Program-made: the position numbers and the translations under genes | NCBI GenBank assembly: GCA_048884785.1 | Contig: JBHLQM010000009.1 | Location: 6,279-70,278 of the forward strand | Source of the DNA: Candidatus Thorarchaeota archaeon | GTDB lineage: Archaea > Asgardarchaeota > Thorarchaeia > Thorarchaeales > Thorarchaeaceae | DNA: 64,000 nucleotides | Direction: 5' to 3' | The notes under the pieces: model-generated | Seen by the model: only the letters and a program-made list of their open reading frames with translations | The model's database searches: none | What the model was told of the DNA's origin: nothing | Shown here: positions 37,845-48,800 of the stretch, in pieces | How the letters are laid out: every line of letters begins with the position of its first letter | Position numbering within the stretch: the first letter of the stretch is position 1

Positions 37845-38653
37845 TAATCCTCCCTCCAGCTCAAGAGGGTACTACGATCAACCTTACCACCAACTAGTTT
37901 CAGGTATGCGTCTTCTAAGTCTTTGGCATTGATTTTATTGACAATATCTTGGGGTGTGTCAAGTACAACCAACTTGCCTTCATTAAGGATTCCAATAATC
38001 TCGCAGACATCTTCTGCAAAGTCAATCATATGAGTACAGATGAAGAATGTAGTGTCCACTTCTTCAGCCATAGCTAAGATGAGTTCTTTTACAAGTGCAC
38101 TTGCGGCTGGATCGAGTCGAGAGGTTGGCTCATCGAGAAAGACCAGCCGTGGCTCATGGATAAGTGTGGATGCAACCAGTACCTTCTGTTTCATTCCAGA
38201 ACTGTAGCTCTCTAGAAGATCGTTTTGTCTTCCCTCGAGCCCCAAGAGTCCGAGGAGTTTGTCAATTCTATTATTCAGGATTTTGCCACTGAGGTCATTC
38301 AAAGCTCCGATGAATTCCAGGAACTCTACTGCAGATAATTTCGAGTAAAGACCTGGGGTTTCAGGAAGTAATCCTGTCGCAGCTTTGATATCCTCTCTAT
38401 TAGTATTGATATCATACCCACAGACTGTGGCGTGTCCAGATGTTTGTTTCAACAGGCCTGAGAGAATACGTACAGTTGTGGTCTTACCAGCACCATTGGG
38501 ACCTAGATATCCGAATATCGTTCCTGATGAAACATCAAGATTCAAATCAATTAGGGCATCAATTGATCCAAATCTCTTCGTTAGTCCTTTTGTCCTAATC
38601 ATTACATCATCTTTAGTCAATCCTATCCCCCTGGGTCGAACTATGTGAAACAC
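37844..38653 (-). CDS. ABC transporter ATP-binding protein
   Basis: Walker A GPNGAGKTT, signature SSGMKQK, Walker B LVFLDEPTS. Confidence 0.9.
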   Translation of the reverse strand: MFHIVRPRGIGLTKDDVMIRTKGLTKRFGSIDALIDLNLDVSSGTIFGYLGPNGAGKTTTVRILSGLLKQTSGHATVCGYDINTNREDIKAATGLLPETPGLYSKLSAVEFLEFIGALNDLSGKILNNRIDKLLGLLGLEGRQNDLLESYSSGMKQKVLVASTLIHEPRLVFLDEPTSRLDPAASALVKELILAMAEEVDTTFFICTHMIDFAEDVCEIIGILNEGKLVVLDTPQDIVNKINAKDLEDAYLKLVGGKVDRSTLLSWRED

Positions 38654-38680
38654 GCTATTCTCGAGTAATATGGTTGGTGG

Positions 38681-39652
38681 TTAATGTATCTTTGACAATT
38701 TGCAAATGAAGAATCCTTCAGTGCCATGTAGATGCGGAAGAAATCGTCTTGATAGAGTGAGTGAATCGTCCAATTCTACGCCATAGGGGGTTGCGTATCC
38801 TTCGCTTCCAAATTCCATTTCGATAGGTTCAATGACCATATTCGGATGTCTTTTCAAAATGCCATCTACAATGTATTCGTTTTCTTCTGGAGCAATTGAA
38901 CATGTAGAATACACCAGATGCCCCCCTGGGGAGAGCTTTCTGACTGCTGCATCAAGTAGTTCATCCTCCCTTGTTGCACAATAATGAATATCTGCCATCG
39001 ATTTGCTTGTTTTTCGAGTAGGATCAAGAGGAATTAGTCCTTCTCCAGAACACGGTGCATCTAGCAGAATTCTATCAGGATTGACACTGATGCTCTCAAT
39101 CTTTTTTGCATCTCCCCTCAGAACAACACAATTCGTGACTCCACACCTCAAGATATTACTCTGCAGACTCTCGATTCGAAGCCGATCCTGTTCAACTGAA
39201 ATAACCAGTCCTGTGTTCTCCATGAGCTGAGATATATGAGTGGTCTTTCCCCCGGGAGCCGAAGCCAAGTCTACTACAGTTTCGTTTCTCTTTGGACCCA
39301 GTACCTCAACTACAGTCATTGATGGAACCCCTTGAACGTAATAATATCCCATCATGTGTTCCAACAATGCTCCGGGAGAATAATCTTTGAAGTCTGCATA
39401 ATATCCAGTCTTCAGCCATGGTACTTTCTCTAGAGTAACACCTTTTTGTTCCAGAGATTTGATAGTATTAGCTGGCGGATTTCTCAATTCATTCATTCGA
39501 ATCGAGGTTCGGATAGGCTTTTCGCACGCCCTGATGAAATCGATGGTCTCCTTCTCTCCCCAAAGAGTGAGATACCGCTCAATCATATATTGAAGATAGC
39601 CATATTCAGCTGAAATCTCCTTGGCTTTCTGTTTCAAATCTCTTCGAGACAT
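38681..39652 (-). CDS. NOL1/NOP2/Sun family RNA cytosine-C5 methyltransferase
   Basis: DLASAPGGKTTHI, DAPCSGEG, and STCS motifs. Confidence 0.8.
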   Translation of the reverse strand: MSRRDLKQKAKEISAEYGYLQYMIERYLTLWGEKETIDFIRACEKPIRTSIRMNELRNPPANTIKSLEQKGVTLEKVPWLKTGYYADFKDYSPGALLEHMMGYYYVQGVPSMTVVEVLGPKRNETVVDLASAPGGKTTHISQLMENTGLVISVEQDRLRIESLQSNILRCGVTNCVVLRGDAKKIESISVNPDRILLDAPCSGEGLIPLDPTRKTSKSMADIHYCATREDELLDAAVRKLSPGGHLVYSTCSIAPEENEYIVDGILKRHPNMVIEPIEMEFGSEGYATPYGVELDDSLTLSRRFLPHLHGTEGFFICKLSKIH

Positions 39653-39673
39653 TGCATAACCTCTTTTATCCCA

Positions 39674-40126
39674 TCACTTACCAATGTCCTCATTCCATAG
39701 CTCAGGATGCTCCCTGATGAAGGCAGTCATTAGATTATTGCACTCCTCATTATCAAGGACACTGACATCTGTTCCTCGAACTCTAAGATAGTCCTCAGGC
39801 CCTTGAAAAGTCCTGTTCTCTCCTATAACCAGCTTCGGTATTCCATATAGGAGAATAGCTCCACTACACATATCGCAGGGCGAAAGGGTGGAATAGATTA
39901 CAGACCTCTTATACTGCTCAGCTGTAAGTCTTCCTGCATTTTCGATGCAATCCATTTCTGCGTGCAGAATCGCACTTCCTTCCTGCACTCTTTTGTTGTG
40001 CCCGCGCCCAATGATTTGCCCATCCAAAACCAGGACGGATCCAATAGGAATTCCTCCCTCTAGCAGACCCGCCCTTGCTTCTTCAATTGCTGCCTTCATA
40101 AAAGAATCATGTGAATCTCTACTCAC
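39674..40126 (-). CDS. CDA-fold zinc deaminase, FCY1-type cytosine deaminase-like
   Basis: HAEMDCIEN and SPCDMCSGAI zinc motifs. The C-terminus (GIPKLVIGEN..F.G.EDYL..RG..V.VLD.EEC..LM..FI.E.PELWNEDIG) closely parallels yeast Fcy1. Confidence 0.6.
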   Translation of the reverse strand: MSRDSHDSFMKAAIEEARAGLLEGGIPIGSVLVLDGQIIGRGHNKRVQEGSAILHAEMDCIENAGRLTAEQYKRSVIYSTLSPCDMCSGAILLYGIPKLVIGENRTFQGPEDYLRVRGTDVSVLDNEECNNLMTAFIREHPELWNEDIGK

Positions 40127-41396
40127 TCTCTGGATCCTCCTCTAACGCTGCAATGAGTTCACTGAGTATTGGCGATATGACTGAAACCTTGGATGTCAAA
40201 CGGTCTGGTGTTGCTAGGTCTTTGAACCCTGAACCAGTGATGGGCACGACCACATGGTCCGTTTTATCAATAATTCCCGCACCTAATAGCTCCTCTAGGC
40301 CTGCCATTGCTGCTACACCGCTTGGCTCTGCGAATACGCCCTCATGTTTTCCAAGAAGCATCAAGTGTTTCTCAATTGATTCATCCGAAACCGCCACAGC
40401 TTTTCCATTTGCAATATCCAAATACTTCAGAGCCGCATCACCATCCCATGGGAATGGATCTGCCAATCCCCCTGCGACTGTTTCATTGGATCCCCAAGGT
40501 ATAATTTCGAGTGGATTCTGTTTTTCATGGAATGCACGTACAATGGGTGCGCATCCCTCGGGCTGGACAACTACTGGTCGAGGTAGTTCATCAATCAATC
40601 CCATCTCCCTAAATTCCCACAGTCCTTTCATAGTTCCAGCCATGAGTCCGCCACTTCCAGTAGGAAAGAGTATCCAATCTGGAGGATTCCAACTCATTTG
40701 CTCTGCAAGTTCGTATCCCAACGACTTGGTCCCTTCAAACTGGAACCCATTGAATGGACCAAAGGATGGTGTTGGTGTCCATCCAAGCTCATCACATGCA
40801 AGATGAAGAATCGTTGTTGTCGGGTCAACGCCGGGTTCAAGTTTTTTCACACGGAAGACCTTTGCTCCCAGTGTTCTAAGATGGATTAATTTCCCAGCTG
40901 GAGCATTTTCAGGAACAAATACAACCGCTCTCAATCCCGCTCTCGCCGCATAAGTAGACATTGCAGCTGCAGCATTCCCTGATGAGGCTGCAGAAACCGT
41001 TGTTGCGCCATCTTCTTTTGCTCGGCTTACACCCACACATATTGGTCGGTCTTTGAAGGAACCTGAGGGATTTGCTGTTTCCAGTTTGAGAAAAAGATTT
41101 GAAACACCAATAATGGAAGCTAGACGCTGGCTCTTAACAAGGGCAGTATTTCCCTCTCCGAGAGTGATTATATTCCTACAATCTCTCAAAGGCATCAGTT
41201 CGAAATATTTCCAGATTCCGCCCCTTCGTTTCTCAAGTAGGTCCCTGGTCAGTATTTCTTTAATGGCTTCCAGATTGTGGATGATATCTATTCTGCCTCC
41301 GCATCCATCGTTTGGAGGCACATTGTCCTCATCGTATTCCTTTCCACATTTTGCGCATTTGTAGTGTCTCTGTTCCGACACGGTTTCACCAGCCAT
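40119..41396 (-). CDS. thrC: threonine synthase-like PLP enzyme with an N-terminal zinc ribbon
   Basis: PLP lysine motif NPSGSFKDRP, glycine-rich GSGG loop, and N-terminal YKCAKCGKEY. Overlaps the deaminase gene by 8 nt. Confidence 0.65.
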   Translation of the reverse strand: MAGETVSEQRHYKCAKCGKEYDEDNVPPNDGCGGRIDIIHNLEAIKEILTRDLLEKRRGGIWKYFELMPLRDCRNIITLGEGNTALVKSQRLASIIGVSNLFLKLETANPSGSFKDRPICVGVSRAKEDGATTVSAASSGNAAAAMSTYAARAGLRAVVFVPENAPAGKLIHLRTLGAKVFRVKKLEPGVDPTTTILHLACDELGWTPTPSFGPFNGFQFEGTKSLGYELAEQMSWNPPDWILFPTGSGGLMAGTMKGLWEFREMGLIDELPRPVVVQPEGCAPIVRAFHEKQNPLEIIPWGSNETVAGGLADPFPWDGDAALKYLDIANGKAVAVSDESIEKHLMLLGKHEGVFAEPSGVAAMAGLEELLGAGIIDKTDHVVVPITGSGFKDLATPDRLTSKVSVISPILSELIAALEEDPESE

Positions 41397-41503
41397 TTGA
41401 TAGAAACCCGGTCCAGTTATGTTCGTTGCGCTCGGACTTCAACACATGGAAACATCTAACACTACCTTGCTATTAGGAGATACAGATTTTATTGACATGA
41501 TTA

Positions 41504-42103
41504 GTGGATGTGATGAATATGGGAGGCTATGAAGTCGAGGTCAAAATCCCGCTGGTTAATGTCAAGAATATAGAAACAGCTCTTCTCAAATTAGGTGCAA
41601 CAAAAACCAATACAGAAACACATGTTGATGTGTACTTCAATCATCCATCAAGGAATTTTGGGGAAACTGACGAGGCCTTGAGGATTCGGAATAGGAGTAA
41701 TATTGTTGTATATACGGACTCTTCTTCAAACCTAGGTAGTATCTCGGAAATTACGTACAAGGGTCCAAAAGTTGACAAGACCACAAAAACAAGGATTGAG
41801 ATAGCTTTCGGAATAGACTCCTATGAATCCGCCTCTTCGCTTCTCACGTACTTAGGATTTCAGGAAGCGGCCACAGTCACTAAGAATCGTACTTTCTTTC
41901 AGTTTGGTAACATCACGCTTAGCATAGATGACGTTGAGAGTGTCGGTACGTTCTTGGAGCTTGAGCAGATAGTGACCTCAAAGGATTTGATACCTGCAGC
42001 ACGTGAAGCCATATTTGCCCTCCTCGAAGACCTTGGCCTTAGAAGAAAAGACTCTATTAGAGAATCATACCTGGAATTGATTCTGAGAAAGAAGCATCAT
42101 TGA
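41504..42103 (+). CDS. CYTH-domain protein (triphosphate tunnel metalloenzyme / CyaB-like)
   Basis: N-terminal YEVEVKIPL (ExExK) and later EALRIR, RIEIAF and LELEQ acidic/basic strands. Confidence 0.6.
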   Translation: MDVMNMGGYEVEVKIPLVNVKNIETALLKLGATKTNTETHVDVYFNHPSRNFGETDEALRIRNRSNIVVYTDSSSNLGSISEITYKGPKVDKTTKTRIEIAFGIDSYESASSLLTYLGFQEAATVTKNRTFFQFGNITLSIDDVESVGTFLELEQIVTSKDLIPAAREAIFALLEDLGLRRKDSIRESYLELILRKKHH

Positions 42104-42684
42104 ATCTCGTTGAATTCCTTCTTTAGTTTCTCAACATAATCTGCAAGCAGCGAATGTTTCTCCTCTGCCACCTCTCTCGCCTTTTTGGTATACAACATGT
42201 CCTTTAGTTTCAGTAATTTCTCATCTGCATGTGTCAAAAAACCAGCAATACCCCTTCCAGATACAGTTGCCTGCGCAATTGCCCGAAAAACACCTATTGC
42301 CCCTATTGCATCGATCTTATCTGCATCACTCAGGATTTTTCCTTCCAATGAATCAGGCTCCAATCCCTCACTGAACCTATGAGTTCTTATTGCCAATATG
42401 ACCTCCCTGACTTCCGATTCAGAATAGCCAATCTCTGACAGGAATTTCAGGCTCATTTTTCCTGAAAGTATTGAGTGTGATTCACCAGTCTTCTCTTCTT
42501 GAGGTCTTCCAATGTCATGTAGAAGTGCCGCTGCTCCAAGAACTCGCTGATTTGCGTTTTCCGCGTTTCCGATAGCTGTGGCAATAGCAAAGACGCGTCT
42601 TGTATGGTCATATGTATGAGCACCATTTCCCTCTTCCTCCAATGCTTTCCTCGCAAATGTATCAATTTCCTTCTCTGGGAACAA
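42097..42684 (-). CDS. HD-domain metal-dependent phosphohydrolase
   Basis: H...R...A, LLHDIGR and SDADKIDA motifs. Its 3' end overlaps the CYTH gene by 7 nt (convergent). Confidence 0.7.
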   Translation of the reverse strand: MFPEKEIDTFARKALEEEGNGAHTYDHTRRVFAIATAIGNAENANQRVLGAAALLHDIGRPQEEKTGESHSILSGKMSLKFLSEIGYSESEVREVILAIRTHRFSEGLEPDSLEGKILSDADKIDAIGAIGVFRAIAQATVSGRGIAGFLTHADEKLLKLKDMLYTKKAREVAEEKHSLLADYVEKLKKEFNEIQ

Positions 42685-42873
42685 AGCTGTCTACCTCCTT
42701 TCGCCTATGACGCTCACAAGTCATTGTCCATAAATCGTCAAGTCCATGCAAATATGTCTTGTACCTATGCTAGAAACGCTTTAAACACTACAACGCATTT
42801 TGTTTTTTGCTATCGAGTTGCACGCTCTATTTAACTTGATATGCGCCACAAATGGCAATAAGAGGAATAGCGT

Positions 42874-45800
42874 TTGAGTGCCACTCCAACACCAACAACA
42901 GCCAAACGTAAGATTGGTTTTATGACACTACTTAGTTCAGTCTTTATTATTGCCATGATCGTCTGGGGCACGTACACCATAATTTTGATACAGGCTGGAG
43001 AAGTCAGGCAGCAGACTCCTCACACAAATCTCGATGATGTCCCACCTTGGATTTATGATTTGAACTGGAATGGCGGAAGAAGCAATTGGTTTGATAACAT
43101 CAATTATACAGATCTTCCACTAGACCAGATGCTTCCGGAAGACCTACTTGCACAGATGAATAACACACTATTTGTGGTTGAACCCGCAGACCCTGCGCAA
43201 CTGTGGAGAAGTAGCGCATATGACTCGTATGATGGATCTGGGTGGAGTAAGACCCTAATTGGAAGTACTCCTCTAGCGGCCACACCCAGAGCTCAAGCGA
43301 TTAATGAGATATACACAATCAGCATGAATGTTACAGTCAGTCCAAATATTGAGCCAATCGAACTACCATCGCTCTTTCCCAATATTAGAGTCATAGAGAA
43401 TTCGTTCCGAACATTTCCTGCAGGGCGGCTTATTGACTATGAGCTTGAAACAGATCAATACGACACGTTACTCTTCAGTCCATTTCTCTCTGGCTCCCTT
43501 GATGAAACCATCCTGATTAGCTATGATATCACGTATGATACTCAGGATGTGAATCATATAGAAACGCATGCGCGCTCTGGGGACTTTGCCGATGCCGAGA
43601 TTCAACGAATCTATGGCGATGTCGGAGTGACGCTCTCGCAGACAGTCATTGATGAAATCACTCCCTTCGAAACAGTTGGTAATACTGCCTATGAAAAAGC
43701 AATGGCTGTTGATGTCTTTTTCAGGAATAACTATCAGCTTCTAATAGATAGCGAGAATATTACTCAGCGTCCGCAAGGCCAAGAGTTGACGGAATGGTTC
43801 ATTGAACGAGGTGGGGGCTTACCAATGGACTTCGCCACAGCATACTGCGTCTTCATGCGCTATCTGGGGATTCCTGCTCGTATGACTCTAGGATATGCTA
43901 TAGGTGAACCCGATCCTGACGGGGGCGATTTTCGTTTAGTTCAAGTAAAACACATGATGTTCTGGGCAGAGGTCTATATCCCTCAGGACGACGGGCCAGG
44001 GCAGTGGATTCAGGTGATTCCGCTACCGTTGCCTCCTGGTTTTGGTGGTGGCGCACTACCCGAAAACTTCGATGAGGCTGATGTGAGTCTCTTGGTGTTT
44101 ACTCAACCTTGGGTTGAGATAGGGACGGACTTCAACATCTATGCTATTCTCTACGTGAATGGGGTTCCTGTAAACACCCCGGAGAATATCCGATTCTACG
44201 ATTTGACCGAAGGTGTAGATATTGGAATAGCTACAATAGAGCCCGCTCTCATTCCATTCGCAAATATCACACACCAATTTCCACCAGGTTCGTCAGTGGG
44301 AGCACACAATATTTCCGCGATGTGGGTTTCATCAACATTTCTTATTGCCAACTATACGTCCATTATTGCTGTTGGTCAGTCGAATCCTTTTCAAGCCCCT
44401 CCTTCGCAAACTTCTACGAGTTTTATTCCAAGTGAGATTATTGACATAAACATCAGCCTTGCACTGGATACCTATGTTGCCCATTGGAATGATACTCTAC
44501 GGGTTCATGGTGTGATGCGCATTTCGGGCGTTCCAGCAAATGGAACTGAGCTTGGCTTACTAGGTAACAATCAGATGTGGATTATGTGGGATGGATTGTG
44601 GTATGGAAATGCTACCATTGGTGATGATGGATACTATGAATTAGACATCATTGTGGATGGAACAGACATCATACGAATGACCCTAGAGCAACATAATGTA
44701 TCTGCATTCTTTGCTGGAATATACGATAAGCAAACAGGTTTTCCTATTGTGTTTCCTGGCCAATCGGCTAATTCGGTAGTGACTCTTCGGGGGTCGCCTG
44801 GATTCTATTTGACGGTAGCCCCTATCAATACCTATGGGGGAGGTAGTATAACATACGAAGGCATTGCGTACCTTTTCAATGGGACTCCATTGGTCGGTGA
44901 AACAATTGGAATACTCTTCGATGGATCGATAATTGACACCGCTATAACAAATGCCACTGGTGGGTTCAACTATGTATACAATATTCCACTACTTCATCCA
45001 TCTGGTGTATTTGATGCCGCTGTTAACTGGACCTCGACATATCCCCAGATTGACGGTGCAACAAGCAGTCCAATAGCAATCACAATTCAAAGTGGAAGCA
45101 CAACACTGACCATTGACTCCACTCCAAAGGATCCCTATCCTGTCCATATCTATGAAACAATTACAATCTTTGGGACACTCACAGTGTCTTCAGACGGAAC
45201 CCCACTTATTGGAAGAACAATTGAAATCTGGTGGGATTGGAATAACGGAACGGTACAACTCATCGGTACAAATACAACAATTGCTGGCGGATTTTATGAG
45301 TTCTCCTATAATATTCCTGCGGGATCAGAAGGAACCTCGACATACTGGACCGAATGGGACGCATCTGCTGAACCTAATTATCAAGATGGAATCTCATCTA
45401 CAATGGATATCGTCGTCAAAAGGTATGATATTATAGTTATTATTGACACAATACAGAGTTCTGTGGTTGTGGGTGAAGAACTGGACATCCAAGGATTCGT
45501 CTATCTTCCTGAAATTCCGGCTGTACTGGGTGGTGCTCATCTAACTCTTTGGTGGCAAAATGGAACTGGAACTCACAATATCACTGGAGTGTATACCAGT
45601 GTTGCAACAGGCATATACACATTCAATTATACAGTCCCTGTAACACACGAACTGGCTGGCGTACAACTATGGGCTGAGTATATTTCCGAGTCCCCAATGC
45701 TTAGCAGCAACATATCACTCTCTCTTGGAGTTGTAGTACGAAACTATTACTCCTATATCTCAATTCTATCAAACACATCTATCGTGCACCTAAACGAGTC

Positions 45801-48800
45801 TGTTTTAATCTATGGGTTTCTTCAACATGAAAATGGAACGCCTCTTGCTGGACTTGACGTTGATATACAATGGAACAATGGAACATCCTATTGGTTCCAG
45901 GTTGTCACGAATAGCAGTGGCTGGTATGAATTCTTGTATAACTGTTCCCCATCAACTGATAGTGAAGGAATTGTTACAGTAAGTGCATATCATACTTCTA
46001 TAGATCCTAGCTATAGTAGTTCAAGTGCAAGTTTGAGTCCCGCTCTCACCCTACAACTCTATCAGTTGACATTGGATGCAGACGTTGTTTCTAACAATGT
46101 TCACTTAGATGAAGTGATACAATTCTCTGGAACACTGACACTTGATGTGACAGGCACACCCATTGCTGGCGCTACAATTGTTGTCTATTATCAAAACAGC
46201 ACTGGCACATACACATTTCCAAAAGTCACTGATTTTGCTGGAGGTTTCTTTTTCCAGTACAACTGCTCGCTGAATGATGCACTTGGTGCCGTTTATGTCT
46301 GGGCTCAATACACGAGTCTTAACCCTCTATGGGACAATGCAATCTCATTGAATCGGACTGTCAACCTAATTCTCTACTCTATGACGCTGACAACAAATAC
46401 TGATAGTGTATCCTATTTCATTGATGATACAGTATACATCTGGGGCCAATTGACCTATACACACAACTCAACGCCTCTTCCGGGGCAATTAATCCAAATA
46501 TACTGGTATAATGGGTCAATAATCCCTCTGGGTTCATTTTCTACAAATTCGAGTGGCTATTTCGAATATTTCTACACCCTGCAACCAGGAAAGGATTCAG
46601 AAGGTTTTGTTACAGTCTGGGCGACATTCGCAACGTCGGTACCCCTATGGGATGATGCCGATTCAACTCCCGGAACAACATTTTCAGTTAACAAGTATGC
46701 AGTGATTATTGACGTTACAGTTGTCCCGAATCTTCAGTATCTGAACCGAAGCATAACCATACAGGCTCATATTTACTTCAGTCACAACGCAACCAATATT
46801 GCTGGTGCATCATTATCTCTCTGGTGGCAGAATGCTAGCATATACCTGCTTTCAACTGGTTTTAGTGATGGTTCCGGTAATTACCAATTCATATACTCTG
46901 GAATGGATGATGACACGTTCTTGACAGGTATTCAGATTTTTGCCAACTACTCAGGGTCTGCATACCTCCAAAACGCACAGTCATCTCCACAGAGTCTTAC
47001 ACTTCAGCGGTGGCTGACTCTAATCACTGGATTTGATACAGGTGGTGTCACTACTTTTCTGCTTACTGACACTCTGGTTGTTACGGGAACCCTGTTCTAT
47101 GACCTCACAGGGCCAGATGTTCCATATGGTGGAGCCATTGTTCAAATCCTTGTAGATGGCTCTGTTGTTAATACAACGACCACCGCATCGGATGGTACCT
47201 TCATAGGATATTGGGAGATTCCTGACATAACGCCTGTAGGAAATTATGACATTTCAGTGCGCCACTTATCAAGTGTCAACTGGATTGCTGATTATACCTC
47301 CTCACCCATATCAATCTCCATTCAGGCAATTACTATCATATGGATTTTTGAAGCGAACCCTACTATCGTTTATAGAAGCGAATGGCTGAATATCTCGGGG
47401 ATTTTGAGTCTTAGTAATGGCAGTCCATATGCAGGAGCTTCGGTACAACTCTACTGGCTGAACACAATAACAGCAACTGGTCAAATTCTCCTTGACACTG
47501 TTTCAACTGATGCAGGTGGAAGATTTGAGTATTGGTATCTTCTTAGCGACACTGAAGATCTAGGACCTACGCAGATCTGGGCAGAGTGCTCATCTGGTGT
47601 TCCTATAATAGGTGCGGGAATGTCCTCAGTAGAGCTCATAGATGTCATGCAGATTCCTGTGAACCTGACTGGAGGTGGTAGCCATACTCTAATCTATCTG
47701 GGAGATACAATTACCTTTAGTGGTACACTAACATTTGGTAATGGAACTCCAATGGTTGGCTACGGTGTTGAAGTCATCTGGGATGGTATCACCTTGGTAA
47801 CCATTACTATCACAGACGGGATTTCAGGTTCGTTCTCATATGATTATTATTTGGACTATGATGAGCCCGTGCGAACACTCACATACTACATTCAATTTGC
47901 GAAACCTTCAGAAGCCTATTCGGATGCACAGACTGCAAGTCAAGACCTTGAGATTCGCGACCTTATAACAATCGCAATTGATTCTCAGACAGTATTCTCT
48001 ATTATTCGAGGTGATACACTTCAGGTCACTGGCTTAGTAGCAAATTCCGGTGGACCTGATGTTGGGGTTCCACTTGAGCTTTTGCTAAATGGTGGTCAAG
48101 CAGGCATCTATGCTATCAGCGATACATTTGGTGAGTTTTCTTTTAATTTCCAGATTCGAAGGACTTACTCTCCCGGAATATACAATATCAGTGTGGGAGT
48201 GAACTCCCTGAACTATGATGTTACTGGATCTTCGGGTTACTGGATTATTCAATTGAATATAACCTCAGAAATTAGTGTTACATTTCTCAATCCATCTGAC
48301 ATCATGCCTGGTGAAACCTTTACGATATCGTTTACGATTCTCGACGATGACGGGAACACACCAGTAGGAGAACAAGTATCCATCTATCTATTGGAAGAAA
48401 ATGCCGGAGGTCCCAGCCCCGTTCTAATTGCTATTGTTGATATTCTTCCTGCAGGGCAGAATATCCATACGCTGACAATCAGTCTTGGTTCTTGGACAGG
48501 GAATGGCCTTTATTTTGCAGAGGTCAGATATTCAGGAAGCCAATTTGTTGTTGGTTCCTCAGATTCTACTTCACAGAGTATTCATGTTTTTGCAGATGCT
48601 GGATTCGTCAACTTAGGGCCCGGCATTGCTGTTCCGGCTCAACCAATCACTCTGACTGGCAATCTACTGGATTTAGAAGGAATTCCAATAAAGAATAGAT
48701 CGATAACGCTTACATTGAATGATTCGAGTGTTGTTACGCTAACAACCGGAACGGATGGTTCATTTCGTTATGACCTACCAGTAACCTATAGCGGTGAAGC

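Noticed and set aside
40111-40806. 231-aa + strand ORF (Ser/Pro-rich)
   Set aside because: It is fully antisense to the threonine-synthase-like gene, which has a clear PLP-lysine motif. The composition is typical of a shadow ORF.
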